In this document: positions 12,249 to 24,117 of the stretch, piece by piece
Numbering within the stretch: the stretch's first letter is position 1
How the letters are laid out: the number at the start of each line of letters is the position of its first letter
Assembly (NCBI GenBank): GCA_050273025.1
Contig: CP158635.1
Span: forward strand, 16,430,001-16,494,000
Source: Cenococcum geophilum
Lineage: Eukaryota
Direction of reading: 5' to 3'
Length of the DNA stretch: 64,000 nt
Made by a program: the position numbers and the translations under genes
Notes under the pieces: model-generated
Seen by the model: the letters and a program-made list of their open reading frames with translations, nothing else
What the model was told of the DNA's origin: nothing
Database searches by the model: none

Positions 12249-15003
12249 ATGCGTTACATCCTCTCTGTAGTTGCATTCGTTGGTGGGGTTGCTTGTCAGA
12301 ACGGAACCTTGCAAAGTCTTGTCGGCAAGAAAACAAGCCCTTCGACGTGGGGTCCTTCATCAACCTCGCCTCCCGAAGAATCCTATAGCTGCGCGGCCCA
12401 AACAATTTATGATACTGTCACGTGCTATGAGACAACCACTTCCACAGAGACTTGTTTCGCAACAGTCACTTCCACTACAACTGATTACCTGTGGAATACC
12501 ACAACGACTACGTGCTTCGAGACTATCACTGAGTGGAATACGACTACAGACTACAGAACTAGCTGGTATACTACAGTATCTACCGAAACTGACATCTACT
12601 GGAAAACAACTATTTCGACCGAGATTGATACGGCATGGTACACTACAGAACGGAATATCACCCGCATTACCGAGGTACCAGTCCCTACGACCGTCGACAT
12701 CACTCGCACATCGATAGAGACGGATTTCGTCACTCGAATCTCTCTCAGCTTGATAACTCTTACCACAACATTTACGCAGAACTTTACATTCACAACCACG
12801 GCGTCAGGGTCAGTTATCACTGTTACTTCACCCTCATTAATCACTACTACAACTACATCCACTTTGACAAGCCTCGTTACTGTACCTACGACCAAGGTCA
12901 TCACAACTCCCGGACCAACCTCTCTTATCACTCAGACTTTCGCTAGCCTTGTAACCCTAACGACTACAACTACACGAGATGTTACCTTCACAACAACGGT
13001 TTCGGGGTCAGTGATCACGGTCACCACGGCTACTTCTGTCCCCACGACTATAGTGTTGACCGTGACTAGCCTGGTCACTACTCCTGGACCGACTCAAACT
13101 CGTCTGATTCCATCTCCAGTTACCGAGCTGGTCACAATTACAACCCCGGTAACGAGCGTTATAACAACTCCAGGACCTACCTCCTTTATCACTCAGACTT
13201 TCGTTAGCCTTGTAACCTTGACGACCACAACCACGCGAGATGTTACCTTCACAACAACGGTTTCGGGGTCAGTGATTACGGTCACCACGACTACTTCTGT
13301 CCCCACGACTATAGTGTCGACCGTGACTAGCCTGGTCACTACTCCTGGACCAACTCAAACTCGTGTGATTCCATCTCCAGTTACCGAGCTGGTCACAATT
13401 ACAACTCCAGGACCTGCCTCCTTTATCACTCAGACTTTCGTTAGCCTTGTAACCTTGACGACCACAACCACGCGAGATGTTACCTTCACAACAACGATTT
13501 CGGGGTCAGTGATCACGGTCACCACGACTACTTCTGTCCCCACGACTATAGTGTCGACCGTGACTAGCCTGGTCACTACTCCTGGACCAACTCAAACTCG
13601 TGTGATTCCATCTCCAGTTACCGAGCTAGTCACAATTACAACTCCGGTAACGAGCGTTATAACGACTCCAGGACCTACCTCCTTTATCACTCAGATCAGC
13701 CTTGTTACGATCACAGTAACTCAAACTCTGCCTGCGTCAACTTTATCCTTTACGACGACAGTTACACAGTCTGGAACAACTCAAACTATCATAAGCACTT
13801 CGGTTGTACCACCTAGCACTAGCACTTTCTTGTCAACCATCACGTCAACTATAACGGTCCTATCGATCCAGCCTACCCAGGTTACAGTTGTGTCCATCGA
13901 AACGACTCCTGTTACTGTTGTGTCAACTGAGACATTGCCACCCTCGCTTTTGTGTGGTAGTGCTTGCCAGCTTGACGTAACAGGTACCATTGTTACATTC
14001 CCAGGCCAGATTACAACTGTTACACAGCACATTCCTGCCACTAGCGTCGATGTCTACGTCATTAGTCATCCAGGTGATGGAAATAGTACAAGTACTTCCA
14101 CTACCATTCTTACCACAGTACCGCCCGCGGCACCGGTTACATGGGTATACGAGGGAGTAACTCTGTACGTTCATACCTTCCTATTGCTCAAGTTTAGCTA
14201 ATAGTACTAGGACATATCCAACTACCTACGTAGCCTACGAAGGTTTCAACCACATTTTCGCCGTGCCATCCGGTAGTGAATGCGTTGCCACCACTGAGGA
14301 GGTCCGCTTACCTTCACCAACGAATCATTCTCCATTAATCTTCCCTCAAGCCAGCATCACTATACCGGGACTCCCACCTGTCGCTCTGATAAGCTACTTG
14401 GATACACTCCCCACTGTGACTGAACAGTTGTCCGGAACGATTGCATCTTACTGTGACCCAATTGTCGGAGGTACTGTGACACCAAAGACTGTAAACCAAA
14501 ATGATAACCAGCCCACAACGGTTTCACTGCTAGACGGAAACTCGGCTACGACCTCAACGCGTTTCATCGTAGCAGCCATTGATACAGCCCCCCCGCCGTC
14601 CTCAGGTGCGCCGCCGGTACAACAGACGTCCAGCCCACCCCTCCCTAGTAATACTGGAGTTGCGCCTGCTAGCAGCTCTGCTGCGCCACGGCCAAGCTCC
14701 GTCCCGCCCGTGAGCAATAATCCTCCGCCTGCTTCATCCGCTCCAGGTAGCAGTATTGCACCAAGCATAGCTCCTGCAAGCAGTGCTGCTGCTTCAAATC
14801 TTCAGAGTCCGTCTCTTGGGCCGGCACAGAGCTCAACTACTGTTGGAACAGGAACGTCCTCGCCGCCACCGACGCCAGCATCTAGTTCAGCTTTACCGTC
14901 GCAGGTCACGGTTGCTGCTGCACACCAACGTGCGAATATGCAATACGTCGGCCTGGAACATTGGCTCATCGGAGCGGCTGGGATTGGGCTCGGATGGTTG
15001 TGA
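12249..15003 (+). CDS. Secreted Thr-rich mucin/adhesin-like cell-surface protein, probably GPI-anchored; exons 12249-14164 and 14211-15003
   Basis: Signal peptide MRYILSVVAFVGGVAC. A 46-nt intron GTACGT..GCTAAT..TAG joins the two ORFs in frame (GVTL|TYPTTYVAY). Ser/Pro-rich stalk and hydrophobic C-terminus. Confidence 0.85.
12906..13696 (+). repeat. Intragenic tandem repeat, about 3 copies of 240-261 nt (80-87 aa)
   Basis: The unit TPGPTSFITQTFVSLVTLTTTTTRDVTFTTTVSGSVITV...PSPVTELVTIT recurs with near-identical DNA. Confidence 0.9.
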
Positions 15004-15395
15004 ATTTTTTGATAATGCTTTTGGGTTCAGAAGCATGCGAGAATGGTGTTTTGATGGTAATGTTTGATGTGTAAGTGTAATGGACTTTACGTAATCTGAT
15101 CGGACGAATGCTAAAGGAGGAGTGATAATAATACGATGTACATGACGCTCTTTTGATAGTATGATTGTAAAACTGGAAGATATTAGAATGAGATTTTAAC
15201 AGGTTGAATTTGCCTTACTGCAGTTAGTTGTACCGCTCTCCAATCGTGTCGATGCAAATAGCCTGCAATTGCTACTTACTACTCCCCTTTTTAAGTAGGA
15301 AGTAGAGCCAATCCAAGCCTGCTAAAACATATTTAGGTGTAAACAAGTCAAATGCACGTGATATTCTAACCTGAAGTGGAAGGATTTAAGTTTAA

Positions 15396-15475
15396 GTAGG
15401 GGGTGTACGCGTAGAACTTAGGGAGTGTATACGCAGTAATTAGGGGTGTACGCGCAGTAATTAGGGGGGTGTGCG
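15396..15475. repeat. Short degenerate tandem repeat (~22-24 bp, TAGGGGGTGTACGCGCAGTAAT-like) at the edge of an AT-rich remnant
   Basis: 3-4 imperfect copies visible. Confidence 0.55.
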
Positions 15476-16185
15476 ACAAGCATGCTCTAGGTCTATTAGG
15501 TATACGCTTTTCCTCACTAAAATATACCTTTTTATACCACCTATAACTTAATAACCTTTCAATAGAATTCTCTAAGAATTTAAATACAGCTTATTAAATA
15601 CTATACAGCTCTGTGCATGGCTACAGTGATGTGCACGACCAGCTTCCACCCCCGTTGGCGAGCGCTCCAAAATTTTAAATTCGGTACTCGCATCCAATCT
15701 CTCCTGGTTGCCACCAACTGTACATAGTAATTATAATGAAGCCGTATGCTTGGCTGTAAGAACCTTACTTCGGCAGTGTCGTGATCTCTGCTAATGTCGT
15801 GAGGTTTCCACCCGTACGATATTGCCAAATTTCATCTGCAATTGCAGAGACAGCGTTGTATTCGCGTTTTGGCAGAGGCATAAGCAGAAAAGAGAGAAAG
15901 AGGAAGCGTACCTCAAGCAAGTTCTAAATTTAATTCTCCTGGCTAACCAGAATAATTCTCCAGGGCAACCTTTACAGTCTCCAGCAAAGTAACCTGTCGA
16001 TTGGTAGTCCGTGCACCGATTGTAAGAAAAGAATGAGGACTCTGTCTATTGAATGTGGCTCTAAGAGCCTCTATATATACATAAGAAAGGTGTAGGAAAT
16101 GAGAATGAGAAGGGGGAGGGGGGTGGCAATGGAAACAAGGAGTAGGTGACCGAGTCAAGACGGGGTAGGTGACCGAGTCAATGAC

Positions 16186-17001
16186 TGTCGGACAGACAAG
16201 TCACTCATAAGAACTCTGTCGATTGAAGCTGGCTCTAGAAGCTCTCTATATACATGAGGTAGGGGCAAAAGACTGACGACGACACTGACGACGATTTGGA
16301 ACTATTACTCAATCGCCACCAGGTCGATATTGCCACTCAGTCGGTAATAGGTAATGAATAGGTAATAGAAAATAGATAGTAAGACATACGATGGCAAGAA
16401 ACAGGGTGTGAGTCATAAGGCGGTACTTGACAGTGACCTCAACGTTCGACAATGACTGAGTCAATGACTGAGTCAATGGGAGGTAGCTGAGTCGATGACA
16501 AGACAACCTAATTCTGGTCGACACCCCCCCCAGCTGATTGACTAGTAGGTGATCAGCTGGATATACCTAAATAGGAAATATCCATGGTGTTAAACTAAAT
16601 AGAAACCATCCGAAAACAAGAACTTGATAAGGAAATCGGGCAAATAGGTTAAACAGTATAATTAAATCTGACTATAATAGGGTCTTAATATTAATCAGAT
16701 TTAGTTATTAAATAAAGCTCTTATACTTCTATCTTAATAGGGCCTTTATAAGACCGTTAGCCGCTATATTAGTAGTAGGAGCCTACTTAATTATAATCGA
16801 GCCTTTCCGAACCTCTTAATAAAGCTTCGTATTTAATTGGGGTCCGTTCTTAGCAAGTAGTTAAATTATCTATTAGTTATTATAGCTAATTATATACTCC
16901 TTATTTATATAAAGTCGCATATCTTAAAAGAAGCGCTACTACTAAATTAATTCAGTAGCCGCATTTAATAGAGCCTTAAGCTTAGTTTTAGTGCTTAATT
17001 T
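16186..17001 (-). mobile_element. Copia 3' end: RNase H remnant, PPT and 3' LTR (16186-16523)
   Basis: Minus strand de-RIPs to TEAELKAL...CDNQQTI...MAADGLTKAL (Copia RNase H). Poly-G PPT (C8 on plus, 16524-16531) abuts LTR TGTCGG...TCGACA. Confidence 0.8.
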
Positions 17002-17431
17002 TATAATAGTCTTCTATTTAGTAGAGCGTTAGTTAATTAGGTATATAAATAAATAAGAAGTTAATAATATAAATATAACTAGTATAGTGATTGCCTAATA
17101 GGTTAACTCTAATTATATTTTAGGATTTACTATAAAGAAATAAACTATCTAGGTAGGGACTATGGTCCTTTAAATATATAATACTACGCCTAATAAATGT
17201 ACTAAGTATATCGGTATATTAGTACGTTAGTACGTCCCTTATGTTCTTATATTCCTACGTTTCTATATTTCTACATTCCTATATCCTAAACTTATAACGT
17301 AACTAGCTACGTAATTTGGCTACCTCTTATCCTATAGCTTAATCGGTTCCAGTGCCTCCTATACTATCTTAACTAACCTATTTATATCTCTTCTTAGTAG
17401 TTATACTATTGCTAATATAAGGTCTGTAACA
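17002..17431 (-). mobile_element. Solo Gypsy LTR (related to Gypsy C/D LTRs) with non-matching flanks
   Basis: Begins TGTTACAGACC on the minus strand. 17296-17431 matches 7524-7659. The middle matches the Gypsy C LTR (GTCCCTACCTAGATAGTT...TATAATTAGAGTTAA). Length ~430 bp vs 425 bp for Gypsy C. Confidence 0.75.
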
Positions 17432-20389
17432 CTAGTGCTCCTATAAAGCTAGAAGAGATAGGCTTAATTACTTAAACAAAATTATCGTATGGCCTAAATC
17501 CTTATACGTCTAGTATCTCTAATTACTTAGTAAGCTTATAGATGTTCCGCTAGCTATTTAACCATTTTTTAATGCTCTGCTTTTTATTATAGGCTTTTAG
17601 AGCCGTATATTAGCGACTTAGTTAATCGAGGCATAAGCACGGCAAGAGGGACGCGTAAGCCTATATAATTAGTAGTCTATAAACGAGGATCTAAAGCTAA
17701 AGAAAGGAAAGGAGATAGAGGGCGATGCTGCTTAACGTTATATTTAATCCTCTAGTTACGTAATGACAACTGTCTGGAACTATATAAGACTGTCTATAAC
17801 TATCTATAACTATCCGCCATAATCTACCAATATTTATTAGCTATAATCTACCAGTTTCTACTAGTTTCCACTAATTTCTACTAACGCCGTAATATTACCC
17901 CCCCCCTTAGGCTTTATACGTCCGTATTATATCTATAGGGTATTCTTATCTTTATACTTAATAGGCAGCTTATTATCTTTGCTATTCTAGCACTCTATTT
18001 ACTTGTTAAGGTACTTTAGGGGTCTATATTTATTAGGGTAATAACTATAGAACCCCTAAAGCTTATAGGGACTACCTATAAAGTTCTATATAGAGTACTA
18101 AGTAGGGTCTAGGTTGTACCCTTTCTAACTAATATAATATTTTAACGTTCCTCTTATAAGCTTATAGGCCAGTATTTCTTTAATTTCCTATTTATTATTG
18201 CTATTAACTTAAATCGATAGGGGAAGTTTATTCTTTTATCTAGGTAATAGGTTATTTACGGCTTTCCGTAGTTTATCTGGAGAGAAATTAAGGTAAACTT
18301 TAATTAATTCTAGGAGCTTTACTTTATATATATTGCCTATCTTTTTAAGAACCTTATATGGTCCTGCCATCTAATAGTCTAGCTTATGGCTAAGTCGTTC
18401 CATTTTTTGGTTCTTTATTATAACCTAGACTATATCTTCTATAGCAAAGTCAGGCTCTCGCCTATACTTATTTGCCTATTATTATATTAATTTTTAGGCC
18501 TTTTTTAAATTTGCATAGGCTACCGTCTAGGCTTCTTCTAAGCGCTTAGCGTACTGCCGTGCTTCCTTATAAAATAGTTTTTTGTATATAGTTTAGGGTC
18601 CTTCTAGTCTTTCCCAGTTAAAGCTTATATAGGGTAAGTAACCCATTTCTAGTTAAATAGAGGCAAATCCTATGGAGTTATGGGGTAGGGTCGCGTAGGT
18701 ATAGTCTATTAGGGGTAGCAGTTTAGCCTAGTTATCTTAAAAGTAGTTAATAAAGGGCTGAAGTCTCTAATCTAAGTATTAATTTATGATTTCCGTCTAA
18801 CTATCTATCTAGGGGTGGTATACGGTAAAAAGCTTTAGTTTAATGCCTAAGATTTAGGTAAACTTATTCTGGAAAGCTAATATATATTGCGGCCCGTAAT
18901 TAAATATAATAGTATCTAGTAGTCTATAGATTTAGTAGATGTAGTGGATATATAGTTAGGCCGCTTCTTTGGCATTAATATTCTTATAATATAGGATTAA
19001 GAATAGGCGCTTGCTAAAGCGGTTAACTAGAATTATAACTATATTATATCTATTACGGTCTATAGGTAGCTTATAAAAGTCTATAAAGATATATTATTAG
19101 GGGCGTTTTAATATTAGGAGTGGTTTTAATAGTCCCAGAGTCTTATCTCGTAGGATTGTAGATTTATAGCAGCTATTGTAGTTCTATACATAACGGTTAA
19201 TATCTATAACTATTCCGGGCTAGTAGTAGCGGTTACTAATAATTTTATAGGTTTTATTTTTTCTAGGGTGGGCTGTAGAGACCTAGGTATAAGCTTTAGC
19301 AATAAGCTGGGTCTATAAATTTTATTCCTTAGCTACTACTAATTATTCCTAGTGCTTAAGTAGTCTATTTTTAAGGGACTATAGGCTAGTAACATTCTTT
19401 ACCTTTTTATAGTACTCCTATAAAGAGGGGGTCGTTTAGTTAGCCTATAGTAGTTTATTAATAAGGTTAAGTTTAAAGGAGTTAATAGGGTATATCTTAG
19501 CGCCTAAGGAATCCGTACTTAGTTCTACCCGTATTTAGGGGTTAAGGTATTCTAGTTATAGTAATATCTAAGTCTATAATAAGATCTTCACAGCCGTCTA
19601 GTTATTTAGGTCTTACTTACGCCTTATAAGAGCGTCCGCACGGGTTATAGCGCCTAGTCTATATATAATTAAAAAGTTAAACTAAAATAGAGTATCCGCC
19701 TAATATGCCTAATAGGCTATAAGGGCCTTAGTTATTATAAAGTATTCTAGGGCCTTATAATCTAAAACTACCTTAATTAGCTTAGGGGTCCCCTCTAGCT
19801 GTATACGCTAGTGCTAAAAGCTAGAGATAATAGCCAGCATTTCTTTATTATAGATGTGGTAGTTTAGCTTAGCATTTATTATAGTCTTTAAATAGTATGT
19901 AATAGGGTACCATTCTCCGTCCAGTTACTTCTAGAAAAAAATACTAGCTATTACGCCGTCTAACGTCAGGAAAACGGGGGGTGGCGTACGAAATTTAGTT
20001 TCGCTAAAAGTGTTTTTGGGGCCCGGGGCTAGCTCTCCGCTATATTAGCTGACCCCCTAGAGCTCTACGCTAGCTTTCCGCCATATTAGCTGACCCCCTA
20101 GAGCTCTACGCCAGCTTTCTGCCATATTAGCTAGGCCCTAGAGCTATACGCTAGCATTATGCTAGCTTATGGCTATAAAATAAATATTATTACTATTATT
20201 GCGTTTATTGCTATTAGGGTATTAAAATCCTAAAGGCCTCCTAGTAGGCTCCTAGCAGGCTTTCTAGCAGGCTCCTAGTAGGACTTTAATTTTCCTGGTT
20301 ATCTTAATCGTCCTAACAGCGACCTACAGTGCTATTGGGTCCCCACTATATTCCCGGCAGCCTTTACGTGTCTTTGTATACCCCTTATA

Positions 20390-22836
20390 CACCACCTCGT
20401 TAATTCCGGTTGTTAGCGCCTTACTAGTGACGCCTCTTGGGCGGAAATCCTTATATAGATTAGTATGAGTTTCCCCGTCTTAGCAGCGAGCTTTAAAAGA
20501 CCTTAATATTAAAAATTTATAAAGCTTTTTAAAACTAATGATTGTATGGTAGACTGTCTATATATAAATATTTCTGAAGTCATAGTAGCCAAATGAGTAT
20601 TAAAATTAACGCTTAGCAATTAAATGACTGTCTAAATGTCTCCTTTAAGCTCTTGATCGTCCTCTAAGCTCCTAATCGTCCTCTAAGATCCTAATCGTCC
20701 TCTAAGCTTTCTACTGTCCTCTACCACTTGGTAGGTCCCCCTTCTGCTTTAATTACTGCCTAAAGGCGTGCAGGTATAGAAGTAACCAGTTCCTTAAAGT
20801 AGCAGGCCTCCAGATTCTCCTATTCAGATTTAATGGCTGCTTGTATTACTTCTTTTATTAATGGGCGAGGCTTCCGCTTAGCTAATTAAGTCTTTATTAA
20901 ATTCCAAACGGCCTTAATTGGGTTAAGATCTGGGCTGTTTGCTGGCCACTAAAGTAACTTAATATCGTCTTCCTGGAACTTAGCCATGGTAATACGAGCT
21001 TTATAATAGGGAGCTCTATCCATTTATATAATTGTTAGGGTACTTCTAAATTCGTAATTAGGGAAATATACGCTATACTTAGCGTTATAGAAGTCGTAGA
21101 ATTCTTTAAGCTTTAGATAGATGTGATCTAGGAAGCCCTGCGCCGTAATATTGCCCCATTCTTCCTTGTTCCAAAATAGTAGAGGCCCTTTTTCTACACC
21201 GTAGAATGCAGCCTATACCATCGTATGAGGTATATTAGTGAACTTAGGACAGAGGCAGTTAGGATAATATTGTTTACTAGGTCTTCTAATAACATAGAGC
21301 CGCTAGTGCCCACCACGATGCATAGCTGCCTTATCTATCTATATAACTCTCCACCAATCCTCTTTTTGGAAGTGACGGTAAGCTAATATAAATGCCAACC
21401 GGGCGCGATAGTAAGCTGTAGTAAGCTAGGGCTTTACATAAGCAACGCAGCGTTAAAAGCCCTCCTTCTTAAGATATTGGGCGACTGTAGAGTCGGAACA
21501 AGGGACTCCTACATAGAAGGAAAGCTCTAAGTAGGTAAAGCGACGCGCCTAAGTATTTAACTCTAGGAAATTAACTAGTTAACGCTAAATTGGCGAGCCG
21601 TATGTAAGAGCATTTTAATAGCCACCACGTATTGGGGTCTGCGCTTTATTAACAATGTAGTAAACAGTAGAATATAGTTGCTTAACTAATGCAGCAATGC
21701 AAGAGATAGGTTCTTAAAGATAGCGATAGAGGCCTTTAATTGTGCATCTTAGGGAGTAAGGAACAAGCGCTTAAGCGTTGCTTTCCTAAAGCTGTCGGCG
21801 ACGTTAAATACGTTCTGCAGCTCGCTCCTCCCGCTCCTATTCCTTACGTCTCTCCCGTCTATTAAGACGGGCAATTGCTCGGCGAATGCGACGGTTGGGG
21901 GTAGTAGGCGTTAGAGTAGAAGAACTAGATACAGTAGAGCGAATAGAGGGAGTATTCAGCACAGTTATATTACTAGGTAAGGAAGGAGTAAATAAGCTAA
22001 AGAAGCTTCTAAAGCTAGGAAGGCGTAGTGGAGCTTTAGGATTAGGTAAAGTAGGTTCTGGAGTTCCTTTTGTACGGGAAGGATCGTACCTAGAAGATGG
22101 TATGGTGGATACCTTTAAGGATAGAATCTAAAAGATTTTAGTTAGGACTTATTGTAGGAATATGCAAATTTAGTATAAAAAGTGGTAAGGATGGTATTAC
22201 CTTATAACAGGCGCAGATAAACATCTTTATACTTAAATCTGCAGAGCCATCTAAAGTCCCTTACGATCGCGCTAAGACTTAGTATTCACCCAAACTTAGA
22301 AACCTTATCTGTGACCACCGCCATTAATATCCGTTTTAATAGCGTAATTAATACATCTAAGGGCCTATTTCTAACTTCTGTAAAGTCACCCAGGATAAAA
22401 GCAAGCCATTTTTGAACTGATTACCGCCGGAAAGGTTATTCGGACGTAAGAGCTGGCAATTGTCGTGATAGAGGCTTAAGGAAGGCCGTAATAGAGGAGG
22501 AAGGTCGTGATAGAGGCTTAAGGAAGGTCGTAATAGAGGCTTAAGGAAGTTAAGGATTGTTATAAATAACGCGTCGGCGGCTTAGAAGAGGGGTAGGAAA
22601 CTAGAAAACGTGTTATTAGTAGACTTCCTGAGTTAGGTTCCTTACCGCGTGGAGCTTACTAATATACCTAATCACGATGCGGCTGGCAGAGGCGTCGAAA
22701 AGCTTCAAATTTGACTGTCAGGTGAGGTTGTTCGGCAGTCTCTTTCTGATATTCAGCTGCCAAGCCGGATAGACTGAATTCGTGTTAGTTGGTGGCTTAA
22801 TCAAAAGCGCTAACAACCGGAATTGACGAGGTGGTG
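20390..22836 (-). mobile_element. Tc1/mariner (IS630-Tc1, DDE_3-type) DNA transposon, RIP-inactivated
   Basis: 30-bp TIRs CACCACCTCGT(C/T)AATTCCGGTTGTTAGCGC and TA TSD. Transposase motifs MDRAPYYKAR (MDGAPCHKAR) and WPANSPDLNPIKAVWN (E>K by RIP) at ~20900-21025. Confidence 0.92.
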
Positions 22837-22914
22837 TACACCTAAATACCACTTATTTTTTTTTACCCTTCCTTCCATCCTCTCTACCTAGGGAGGCACT
22901 ACAATGGCAGCTAG

Positions 22915-23503
22915 TAGATGACTGTGGCTAGAACCAGACGACCGTCGCCAGAACTAGATGACTGTTATTAGGACGACCGTCATTAGGACCAGACGACCGT
23001 CGTTAGGACCAGACAACCGTCGTCAGGACCACCGTCGCCAGAACCAGACGACCGTTGCCAGAACCAGACGACCGTCGCCAGAATTAGACAACCGTTGTCA
23101 GGACCACCGTCGCCAGAACCAGACGACCGTCGCCAGAATTAGACGACCGTCGCCAGAACTAGACGACCGTCATCAGGACGACCGTCATCAGGACCAGACG
23201 ACCGTCGCCAGAACTAGACGACCGTCGTCAGGACCAGACAACCGTCGTCAGGACCAGACGACCGTCGCCAGAACCAGACGACCGTCGCCAGAATTAGACG
23301 ACCGTCGCCAGAACTAGACGACCGTCGCCAGAACTAGACGACCGTCGTCAGGACCAGACAACCGTCGTCAGGACCAGACGACCGTCGCCAGAACCAGACG
23401 ACCGTCGCCAGAATTAGACGACCGTCGCCAGAACTAGACGACCGTCGCCAGAACTAGACGACCGTCATCAGAACCAGACGACCGTCGCCAGAACTAGACG
23501 ACG
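22915..23503. repeat. Minisatellite of 20-bp units (CCAGACGACCGTCGCCAGAA and variants, some 15-bp)
   Basis: About 29 contiguous units. 23221-23340 and 23341-23460 are identical. Confidence 0.95.
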
Positions 23504-23624
23504 ATCGTTCGAACAACCAGTCAGCAACACCACGAACGACTTAATCGATCGATCGAATCGAACCAGAGCCTCGATATCAGCCCGCTACCGAATCAAATTG
23601 AATTAGATACCATAGACAGATATA

Positions 23625-23810
23625 GACGGTAGGCACAGACAGGTAGGCATATACAGGTAGGCATAGATAGGTATAGGCAGGCAGGTAGGCAGGCAGGTAG
23701 GCAGGCAGGTAGGCAGGCAGGTAGGCAGGCAGGTAGGCAGGTAGGTAGGTAGGCAGGTAGGCAGGCAAGTAGGCAAGCAGGTAGGTAGGCAGGCACACAG
23801 GTAGGCGGGT
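23625..23810. repeat. Compound (GGCA/GGTA)n microsatellite
   Basis: Direct inspection; it explains the spurious LPAY/LPAC ORFs. Confidence 0.9.
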
Positions 23811-24034
23811 GCTAGGCCTAGTTAGGAAATCAGTACACGGCCGGTGGATCGTCAGGAATATCGCCAATTGACGATTTGGAGCCTCTGCAAGAGGCTTCCC
23901 ACTTATTTTAATTAATTGCTTAATAACCAAATTTTAAAATTTAAAACCTATTATTATTCCCATATAAATATTGCAGTTATAGAAAATATTATAACTATTA
24001 TAGTAAAAAGATATATTATAATTTTTAAAATTAA

Positions 24035-24117
24035 TATTATTAATATTACTAATATTGCTAATATTGCTAATATTGCTAATGTTGCTAATGTTGCTAATGT
24101 TGCTAATGTTGCTAATG
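24035..24117. repeat. 9-bp tandem repeat (GCTAATGTT)n, grading to RIP-like TAATATT variants leftward
   Basis: Direct inspection. Confidence 0.9.

Noticed and set aside
21886..22131. Plus-strand ORF, and similar short ORFs at 6639, 7929, 39915, 40433, 41989, 42866 and 52332
   Set aside because: Chance frames antisense to or inside RIPed TEs, LTRs or TIRs.
22915..23503. CRISPR-like array or RRPS/QTTV repeat protein (ORF 22958-23317)
   Set aside because: Units are contiguous with no unique spacers, the context is eukaryotic with no cas genes, and a 20-bp period is not codon-compatible.
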